From UHGV virus genome UHGV-0277313: 64,000 bases of DNA; one strand, 5' to 3'. Shown piece after piece: positions 52,790-60,025 of the stretch (its first letter is position 1; each line of letters opens with the position of its first letter). The notes below the pieces were generated by a model, which was given only the letters and a program-made list of their open reading frames with translations, searched no databases and was not told where the DNA came from. The stretch is from a virus. A program made the position numbers and the translations under genes.

Positions 52790-54784
52790 ATGAAGCAAGT
52801 AATAAAACGCGATGGAAAAGAAGTTAAATTTAATTTGAAAAAGATTGTATCGGCTATTCGTAGGGCTGGAGAGTCTTCTGGTGAATTTGGTTATGACGAA
52901 GCTTTAGATTTAACAAATTCAGTAATTCAAATGTTTGATAATAAAGAAAAAGCAACTGTTGAAGAGATTCAAGATGCTGTTGAAAAAGTGTTGAATGAAA
53001 ATAATTACACAAAGACAGCACGCGCTTTTATTGTGTATCGTGAAAAACATAATGATATGAGAAAAGATAATAATGTAATGATTGATGCTGTTCAGTCAAT
53101 TGATGATTATCTTGATCGTTCAGATTGGCGTGTAAACGCTAACGCAAATCAGGGGTATTCTTTAGGTGGTATGATTCTAAATACTTCTGGTAAAGTAACA
53201 GCAAATTATTGGTTGAGCCATGTGTACCCTAAAGAAGCTGGTGAAGCACATCGTAATGGTGATATACAGATTCACGATTTAGATATGTTAGCAAATTATT
53301 GTACTGGATGGTCATTGCGTGCATTGCTTCAGGAAGGCTTTAACGGTGTTAAAGGTAAAGTTGAAAGTAAACCACCAAAACATTTAGCTTCAGCTTTAGG
53401 ACAAATGGTGAATTTTTGGGGTTGTTTACAGAATGAGAATGCAGGTGCACAGGCATTTAGTAGTTTCGACACATATCTTGCACCTTATGTTCGTAATGAT
53501 AAATTGACATACAAACAGGTTTATGATGCTATTCAGGAATTTGTATTTAATGTGAATGTTCCTTCAAGATGGGGAACACAGACGCCTTTTACGAACATTA
53601 CATTAGATTGGACATGTCCGGAAGATTTGAAGGATTCACAACCTATAATTGCTGGTGAAGAGATGGATTATACATATTCTGAACTTCAACCAGAAATGGA
53701 CATGATTAATAAAGCCTTTATTGAAGTCATGATTAAAGGTGATGCACATGGACGTTTATTTACATTTCCTATTCCGACATATAATATTACACCAGACTTC
53801 CCGTGGGAAAGCGAAAATACAAAGTTGTTGTTCGAAATGACGGCAAAGTATGGGTTGCCGTATTTTCAGAATTTCTTGAATTCAGATTTGAAAGTTGGTG
53901 ATGTTAGAAGTATGTGCTGTCGTCTTCAACTTGACTTGCGTGAAATTAAAAAACGCGGTGGCGGTCTATTTGGTTCAGGGGAACAGACAGGTTCAATTGG
54001 TGTTATAACAATTAACTGTGCGCGTTTAGGGTATCTGTTTAAGAATGATATAACAGGTTTATATAAACGTTTAGATGAATTGATGAATATTGCTAGAAAT
54101 GCATTAGAACAAAAAAGAAAGTCATTAAATAAATGGATGGAGCAAGGTTTGTATCCTTATTCTAAACGTTATTTAGGTGGTTACAACACTTTGTTTTCAA
54201 CGATAGGAATTAATGGTGTAAACGAAATGATTCGTAACTTTACAAACGATGAACATGATATCACAGATGACTATGGACAGAAGTTTGCAATGTCTTTAAT
54301 GGATCATATTAATGAGGTGTTAAAACAATTTCAGGTTGAAACTGGTAATTTATACAACTTGGAGGCTACGCCAGGAGAAGGAACTACTTTTAGGTTTGCG
54401 AAAGAAGATAAAAAACGCTATCCTGAAATTATTCAAGCAGGAAAACCTGAAGCACCTTATTATACAAACTCAACACAGATACCTGTTGGGTATACAAATG
54501 ATCCATTTACTGCATTAAATCTGCAGGAAGGTTTGCAGAGACGCTATAGTGGCGGCACAGTTGTACACCTTTACATGGGAGAAGCAATGTCATCATCAGA
54601 TTCTTGCAAGACTTTAGTGAAGCGTGTTCTGGAGAATTATCACATTCCATATTTAACAATTACACCTACGTTCTCGATTTGTCCTAAGCATGGGTATATC
54701 TCAGGTGAACATAAATATTGTCCTATTTGTGATGAAGAGTTAACTTCACCAAAGCAAGAGCAATGTAAAGCTTGTAAGGGTTAA
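52790..54784 (+). CDS. nrdD: anaerobic ribonucleoside-triphosphate reductase NrdD, catalytic core lacking the glycyl-radical loop
   Basis: N-terminal ATP-cone (VIKRDGKEVKFNLKKIVSAIRRA); NrdD blocks GGG(L)FGSGEQTGSIGVITINCARLGY and CCRLQLD; C-terminal zinc ribbon CPKHG...CPICDEE...CKAC; ORF stops at ...QCKACKG*, where NrdDs normally continue R-x-C-G-Y-L-G. Confidence 0.85.
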   Translation: MKQVIKRDGKEVKFNLKKIVSAIRRAGESSGEFGYDEALDLTNSVIQMFDNKEKATVEEIQDAVEKVLNENNYTKTARAFIVYREKHNDMRKDNNVMIDAVQSIDDYLDRSDWRVNANANQGYSLGGMILNTSGKVTANYWLSHVYPKEAGEAHRNGDIQIHDLDMLANYCTGWSLRALLQEGFNGVKGKVESKPPKHLASALGQMVNFWGCLQNENAGAQAFSSFDTYLAPYVRNDKLTYKQVYDAIQEFVFNVNVPSRWGTQTPFTNITLDWTCPEDLKDSQPIIAGEEMDYTYSELQPEMDMINKAFIEVMIKGDAHGRLFTFPIPTYNITPDFPWESENTKLLFEMTAKYGLPYFQNFLNSDLKVGDVRSMCCRLQLDLREIKKRGGGLFGSGEQTGSIGVITINCARLGYLFKNDITGLYKRLDELMNIARNALEQKRKSLNKWMEQGLYPYSKRYLGGYNTLFSTIGINGVNEMIRNFTNDEHDITDDYGQKFAMSLMDHINEVLKQFQVETGNLYNLEATPGEGTTFRFAKEDKKRYPEIIQAGKPEAPYYTNSTQIPVGYTNDPFTALNLQEGLQRRYSGGTVVHLYMGEAMSSSDSCKTLVKRVLENYHIPYLTITPTFSICPKHGYISGEHKYCPICDEELTSPKQEQCKACKG

Positions 54785-54790
54785 TGCAAA

Positions 54791-54825
54791 AGGGCGGAAG
54801 TTAAACGCTTCCGCCCTTGTTTTAA
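54791..54825 (+). terminator. intrinsic terminator/attenuator between nrdD and nrdG
   Basis: 10-bp GC-rich stem agggcggaag/cttccgccct (54791-54800/54808-54817), 7-nt loop, then TGTTTTA. Confidence 0.6.
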
Positions 54826-54839
54826 AGAAAGGAATTAAA

Positions 54840-55535
54840 ATGATTTTGGGTGGAATACAGCCATTTACAACAATAGATTATCCAAATAAATTAGCAGCGG
54901 TTTTCTTTTCAAAGGGATGTCCTTTAAGGTGTCCTTATTGTCAAAATCCATCATTGCAACAAGTATCTAATAAATCGGATCTTGCATGGTCTATTGCAGA
55001 ACAATTTATGAAGTCTAGAAAAGGGTTGCTTGATGCCGTCGTATTTTCAGGAGGTGAACCATTAATTCAATATGATTTAAAAGAAGCAATGTTATATGCG
55101 AAAGAAAATGGTTTTTTGGTAGGATTACATACATCTGGAGTGTCATTGTCAGCATTTGAAAGAGTTATATCTGTTGTTGATTGGGTTGGTTTAGATGTTA
55201 AGACTTGTTTTGATTTATACAATGAAAGATTAGGGTGTTCTGGAAATATTCAAACAGAACAGTGTTTGGATCTATTGTTAAAGTTAAACAAAGATTTTGA
55301 AGTTCGAACAACATTGGATCCACGTGTCATTAGTGTTGATGAATTAATGTGTTTAGCAAAGTGTTTAAGTAATAAAGGTGTAAAGACATTTGCTATTCAA
55401 GAATATCATGCTTTTCCTGAAGCTAAAGAAATACCTGATGCAATACAAACGAAGGCTTATTTTAAAGATGATGTTCTTAAAAAGATAGAATGTTTATTTG
55501 AGAATTTTATTGTACGTAGAAGTGGTGGTATTTAA
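54840..55535 (+). CDS. nrdG: anaerobic RNR activating enzyme NrdG (radical SAM)
   Basis: GCPLRCPYCQNP (CxxxCxxC radical-SAM cluster motif) near the N-terminus; GGEPL SAM-binding motif; 231 aa, longer than typical NrdG. Confidence 0.8.
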   Translation: MILGGIQPFTTIDYPNKLAAVFFSKGCPLRCPYCQNPSLQQVSNKSDLAWSIAEQFMKSRKGLLDAVVFSGGEPLIQYDLKEAMLYAKENGFLVGLHTSGVSLSAFERVISVVDWVGLDVKTCFDLYNERLGCSGNIQTEQCLDLLLKLNKDFEVRTTLDPRVISVDELMCLAKCLSNKGVKTFAIQEYHAFPEAKEIPDAIQTKAYFKDDVLKKIECLFENFIVRRSGGI

Positions 55536-55936
55536 TGTTTGATATTTTTGCAAAATTAGGTTTACCGATTCCTTCAAAAAAGGATATTATCTTCGTTACT
55601 ATTATTGTTGTTTTAGCGTTAATTTGTTGGAAGCAACATTGTGTAATCAGTGATAAAAATGAAATTATTGATGGAAAGAATACAGAAATTTCTGTACAAA
55701 AAAAGACTATTAGTGAGCTTGATAAAAGTTACAAAGAATCATCTGAAAAAATAAATCAGATGAATGCGAAACTTAATGTAGTTGAAAATACATATCAAGC
55801 TAAATTAAATGAAATTCTTTTGACAGCTGGAAAATGCAAATCTGATTTAAACCCATCGGAAATTGAAAAGAAAGCTAGAGTAGATTTTCAGAAAATTATT
55901 GATGATTTAGCACATTCAACAAAAAAGGAAAGATGA
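55535..55936 (+). CDS. putative i-spanin (Rz-like inner-membrane coiled-coil protein)
   Basis: N-terminal TM helix (IIFVTIIVVLALICW) followed by a coiled-coil periplasmic domain; immediately followed by a lipoprotein gene. Confidence 0.4.
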   Translation: MFDIFAKLGLPIPSKKDIIFVTIIVVLALICWKQHCVISDKNEIIDGKNTEISVQKKTISELDKSYKESSEKINQMNAKLNVVENTYQAKLNEILLTAGKCKSDLNPSEIEKKARVDFQKIIDDLAHSTKKER

Positions 55937-55937
55937 C

Positions 55938-56252
55938 ATGTTTAAAAAGTTTTGTACAAGTATTTTAGTAACATTTGTATTATCAGGTTGTTCACATAAA
56001 GAAGTAGCAATTGTAGTTGATAAACCAACTGTTCCTGTGTATGTTCCAGCTGAAGTAACATCACCTGAAATTATATTATTTGTAACTAAAGATAGTGAAG
56101 GTAATACATTGTATTCTTTTGATGAAAACAACTTTATTAAGTTAAAAAAGTTCCTGTTAGATATCACAAGAAACAATGAATTTACAAGAGAAGTTGTATG
56201 CTACTATAATAAAGACATTTGTGAATTAAAAATAGTTGAAAAGAAAAAATGA
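55938..56252 (+). CDS. putative o-spanin (Rz1-like outer-membrane lipoprotein)
   Basis: signal peptide with lipobox LSGC (MFKKFCTSILVTFVLSGCSH); 104 aa; genetic linkage to a TM coiled-coil protein. Confidence 0.4.
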   Translation: MFKKFCTSILVTFVLSGCSHKEVAIVVDKPTVPVYVPAEVTSPEIILFVTKDSEGNTLYSFDENNFIKLKKFLLDITRNNEFTREVVCYYNKDICELKIVEKKK

Positions 56253-57250
56253 TTAATTGTTTTGATGTAGAATCTTTATCCGTGTTACAAAAGTATTGTT
56301 TTAAACAAACTTTTCTAATTGGTGAAAATGTTGAAGAGTTTATTTTTGATAAACCTTTTGTAGATGAAAGACTAAGAGCATCAGAATACTTTTTAAAAGA
56401 TGTGCAACAAGGAATTCTATCTTTAGAAAATTTTATTAAAATAAATAAAATTAAAACGTTTAACGAATTAACAAAGAAAAGATCAATGTTTGCTTTTGAG
56501 TGTTTTGAGACGGAAAATTATGAAAAGAAAGTTTCAAAAGAATGTTTACCTATTTTTTGTCGTTTTATTTTAGATAGAAGATTAGCAAAAGATGGCTATT
56601 TTGGCGACACTCAAAAGTTTACACAAAACAATAGAGAAGCTATTTTAGTTACAGTTTATGAATGTAATTTTGTGTACGAAACTGGATTACAAAATAATTA
56701 TACAACTGAAAATTTTATACAATCATTAAAATATAGATTCCAACCAAGTTTTGTTTATCGTTCGAATTGTGTTTATGAATTTCAGCATGTCATTCAAATT
56801 GTTCATAATTTATGTAATGAAAATCAATATGATTTAGATGGCGATTTAGATAAGATTTTAGGTTCAGATGATTTTAATGTGTACTATTCAGTTGCAACAG
56901 AAAAAGAAGCTTTCTTTATTCAAATTTTAAATCTAGTAAGTGAAAAGAATGGTTTAAATAATTTTAATAGTTTTGACGATTTAAAAATGAATTTCATAGA
57001 TGCAATGAAACAAATAGGACTATTCAAGTCTGAACAGACATTTGCTATTTTTGAAGATCCTTTAAAAAAATATTTTAATAGTGTTTCAATTAATGAATCA
57101 TTGTCAGAAAGTGACGTAAAACATGTGCTGAAAACAATTCATTCAAAAAATGTAGAAGGTGTCTTAAAAGTTAGCGATATCTTAAAGAAAATGACAAATG
57201 ATGAATTGAGGGATGAGTTTAAACGTTTTTTAAGAAATGGCGTGAAATAA
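56249..57250 (+). CDS. hypothetical protein
   Basis: 333-aa ORF. Confidence 0.4.
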   Translation: MINCFDVESLSVLQKYCFKQTFLIGENVEEFIFDKPFVDERLRASEYFLKDVQQGILSLENFIKINKIKTFNELTKKRSMFAFECFETENYEKKVSKECLPIFCRFILDRRLAKDGYFGDTQKFTQNNREAILVTVYECNFVYETGLQNNYTTENFIQSLKYRFQPSFVYRSNCVYEFQHVIQIVHNLCNENQYDLDGDLDKILGSDDFNVYYSVATEKEAFFIQILNLVSEKNGLNNFNSFDDLKMNFIDAMKQIGLFKSEQTFAIFEDPLKKYFNSVSINESLSESDVKHVLKTIHSKNVEGVLKVSDILKKMTNDELRDEFKRFLRNGVK

Positions 57251-57283
57251 AAATAATAGATGTTTTTAATTTGAGAGTGAACA

Positions 57284-58036
57284 ATGCCAAAAGCTGATAC
57301 ATATAGAAGAGATTTATTTAAAAGTAAAAATGATTTCTTTGCATCTCATAAAAGAGAACAAGATTTTATTGGCAATTTGACTCAATTTGGAGATGTTTCA
57401 ATTTTTGGCGGGATATTACGGGATTTTGCATTCAGGAATTTTTCTAGCCCTAAGTCAGATATAGATATTGTTATCAATTCTGCAAAAAAAGAAGGCATAT
57501 TTAATATATTAAATAATTTTTGTTATACAAAAAATAAGTTTGGCGGATATAGAATTAAAGACGAAGGAATAAAGGATTTTGATGTTTGGTTTTTAGAAGA
57601 TACTTGGGCTTTTAAAAATAAAATTATAAAGAAAAAACCAAGTTTTGAAGCGTTATTGGATACCACATTTTTCAATGTAGATTCTATTTTGTATTTATAT
57701 TCTTTTAATAGATTTCTTACATATGAGAATTACTTTTCTGATTTAGAAAATAAGCTTTTAGATATTCGTCTTGAGGAAAATCCAAATCCGTTATCATCTT
57801 TTGTTAGGGCGATATATTTATCAAATACGTTAAACTTAAAAGTTGGAAGAAAGTTATTTCATTTCTTAAAAAAAGAAATTAGAAATTTTGATGCTAACCT
57901 TATAGAAAATTATGCAAGAGAAAAATATGGGGCATCAGATATTTTTTTAAAAAGCAACATAGAAAACCTGCTTAATAAAATTGATATGTCTTCTGAAAAT
58001 GTCTTTTTAAGTGAAGAGGCATTTTCTATTTTTTAA
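57284..58036 (+). CDS. nucleotidyltransferase with CCA-adding/poly(A)-polymerase-type head domain
   Basis: FGGILRDFAFRNFSSPKSDIDIVI matches the class-II CCA/PAP head motif GGxVRD...DhDh; only 250 aa (head domain without a full body/tail). Confidence 0.5.
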   Translation: MPKADTYRRDLFKSKNDFFASHKREQDFIGNLTQFGDVSIFGGILRDFAFRNFSSPKSDIDIVINSAKKEGIFNILNNFCYTKNKFGGYRIKDEGIKDFDVWFLEDTWAFKNKIIKKKPSFEALLDTTFFNVDSILYLYSFNRFLTYENYFSDLENKLLDIRLEENPNPLSSFVRAIYLSNTLNLKVGRKLFHFLKKEIRNFDANLIENYAREKYGASDIFLKSNIENLLNKIDMSSENVFLSEEAFSIF

Positions 58037-58271
58037 AAATTTTTTAAGAATAAGTCTTGATTTCTAATTCAATATAAGTTAATCTAACTAAAGACAAAAG
58101 TTTGATAAGGTTTTAACTTTGAAGACAATTAGCTTACAATATGCCTGTTCAGAAGACGACCGAATCTTTATCAAAGACGAAATTCGGAAGTCATCTAAAT
58201 CTATTGTAAATTTATATAAAATTTATAATAGATTTAGATAAGTGAGTTATTTTAAATAATTGGAGGTTTTT

Positions 58272-58859
58272 ATGATTTCATTAAATAATTTTACAGTTGA
58301 TTATCTGAATGAAGATGAAGAAAATTACATGCACATTATTCAGAGTCATGATCCACGAACAGGAAAAATCTTTTCATCATGGGAAGAAGTGTGTGATTAT
58401 TTGGCAACATTTGATTTAGATAAAAAATCAAAGCATATTGTTGATGAAGCTATTGTATGGTTTGAAGAAAATGAAATTAAACCTACAGATAATTTGTTTG
58501 CAAATAGATTATCTGAATTAAAAGAAAAAAAGAGAGAAGAAATAAAAGCAGAAAAGATTGCTACCTTATCAAAAGGTTTACTTTATAAGGAAAAACATTT
58601 TCAATACGATGCAGATGGTAAATCAACAATTCTTTCAATTCGTTTAGGAATTATTGACGGCTCAATTAAAGAGTTTCCGATCGCATTTAAAACTTATGAA
58701 AATGTGTATGTTGAATTAACAGAAGAAGAATTTATTGATATGTCAAATAAAGCAGTTCAGTTTGAAACTCATTGTTTGCTTGTTAAAGATAATTGTTTAA
58801 AGCAAATTGACAATGCGAAAACTTTAACTGAATTGAGTACTGTAAAGTTCGACATTTAA
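58272..58859 (+). CDS. hypothetical protein
   Basis: ATG at 58272 with GGAGG RBS (tracked 58260 is TTG). Confidence 0.4.
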   Translation: MISLNNFTVDYLNEDEENYMHIIQSHDPRTGKIFSSWEEVCDYLATFDLDKKSKHIVDEAIVWFEENEIKPTDNLFANRLSELKEKKREEIKAEKIATLSKGLLYKEKHFQYDADGKSTILSIRLGIIDGSIKEFPIAFKTYENVYVELTEEEFIDMSNKAVQFETHCLLVKDNCLKQIDNAKTLTELSTVKFDI

Positions 58860-58936
58860 AAAGATTCAAACAAGATTTAACACGTTCTTGTTTATAACTG
58901 TTTTAAAACACTAATTTCGTCATTAAAGAGAATAAC

Positions 58937-59539
58937 ATGGCGCGCAACTCCATTAAATATGTTGTTGATATTGATTTAAATAAAAATTATCTTAAAAAAG
59001 CACGTTTTGAAAATCTTGCTGAAGCCCCTGCAGATCCAGCAGAGGGTCAAGTATACTATAATACAACAGATAAATGTTTTTATTTTTTCCATGAAAGCAG
59101 TTGGGAAAAGTTTGTTAAAACTTCTGAATTATTAACACTATTAAACGAGATGCTTCTTCCTGGTGACGGTGTTGATATTAAATTATACCCAGCTGAAAAT
59201 CCGACAAAATTACAAGTTTCTGTAAAAAATAAAAGCGCACTGTATGTAAAAGAATTTGGCGTTTCTGATTGGACTAATGGTGTCATGACTATTACTAAAG
59301 CAGTGCATCAATGCGGTGCAAAACCTGTACTTCAGGAAGTTATGGAATACGTTACTGTTGGTGATAAAACCATATCTCGTGATGTTGAAGTTGGTTTTGA
59401 ATATAATGCTGATGGTGATGTAACACTATACTCATCAGAAGGGTTTGTAGGGTATCTTCAGATAGGTTCACCTTATTCTGACCCAGTTCCTGTTGAAAGC
59501 AGTTTGAATGATATTCTATATGGCCCTGTTGTAGAGTAA
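58937..59539 (+). CDS. hypothetical protein
   Basis: 200-aa ORF; last plus-strand gene before the inverted block. Confidence 0.4.
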   Translation: MARNSIKYVVDIDLNKNYLKKARFENLAEAPADPAEGQVYYNTTDKCFYFFHESSWEKFVKTSELLTLLNEMLLPGDGVDIKLYPAENPTKLQVSVKNKSALYVKEFGVSDWTNGVMTITKAVHQCGAKPVLQEVMEYVTVGDKTISRDVEVGFEYNADGDVTLYSSEGFVGYLQIGSPYSDPVPVESSLNDILYGPVVE

Positions 59540-59554
59540 ATAGATGACAATAAA

Positions 59555-59597
59555 AATAACGGGTTTCTTAATTGAAACCCGTTATTTTATTTTTTAT
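59555..59597. terminator. bidirectional rho-independent terminator between convergent genes
   Basis: 13-bp stem aataacgggtttc/gaaacccgttatt (59555-59567/59574-59586), loop ttaatt, T-runs on both flanks. Confidence 0.7.
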
Positions 59598-59926
59598 TGT
59601 TTAATTTTAATCGTTAAAGAATATTTACCATTATCTTTTTTGATATTTGTTAAAGTGGCTGTCAGATATTCTTTTGACGTGTGTGAATTATTGAAGCATT
59701 GCAATTCAATCGTTTTAAAGTCAATAAATTTGCTTGCTATTTGCTGTATTTTACTTGAATGTGCTCTTGTGATAGTAATTTCCTCAAGTTGCTGTAGCCC
59801 TTTAAAAAGGGGTTTAGGAAGTACTATTTTAAAAGATGCAATTTCGTTTTTAATCACTGCATGGGCTTTCTTCTTTAAGAATTTAGAAATTAAATTTTTC
59901 AAGAATTCAACAATTTTCTTAAACAT
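59594..59926 (-). CDS. hypothetical protein
   Basis: ATG at 59926 with GAGG RBS (tracked 59938 is TTG); 110 aa. Confidence 0.4.
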   Translation of the reverse strand: MFKKIVEFLKNLISKFLKKKAHAVIKNEIASFKIVLPKPLFKGLQQLEEITITRAHSSKIQQIASKFIDFKTIELQCFNNSHTSKEYLTATLTNIKKDNGKYSLTIKIKQ

Positions 59927-59963
59927 GGCAAACCTCAAATTTATTATTTGATATAAAAAATAG

Positions 59964-60020
59964 AACCCGTGTCAATAACAAATCACTATAATTAATTCGT
60001 TATCAACACGGGTTTCTTTT
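59964..60020 (-). terminator. terminator downstream of the minus-strand glycyl-radical gene
   Basis: imperfect 17-bp hairpin gaacccgtgtcaataac/gttatcaacacgggttt (59964-59980/59999-60015) with U-runs on both strands. Confidence 0.5.
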
Positions 60021-60025
60021 GTTTT

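Noticed and set aside
54700-54850. Possibility that the NrdD truncation is a sequencing frameshift or a programmed read-through hiding an in-frame glycyl-radical domain.
   Set aside because: None of the three forward frames after 54784 encodes an RVxGY motif before nrdG starts. The stop is followed directly by a terminator hairpin. The missing motif is found, intron-split, on the opposite strand.
58037-58259. Long intergenic gaps (1039-1164, 22621-22770, 26326-26575, 52070-52172, 52680-52789, 58037-58259, 61098-61449) scanned for tRNA or other structured RNA genes.
   Set aside because: No cloverleaf-compatible stems or GTTCRAnnC T-loop found by eye. Hairpins present look like promoters or terminators (e.g. 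ccgaat...attcgg at 58160-58185). tRNAscan was not run, so absence is not proven.
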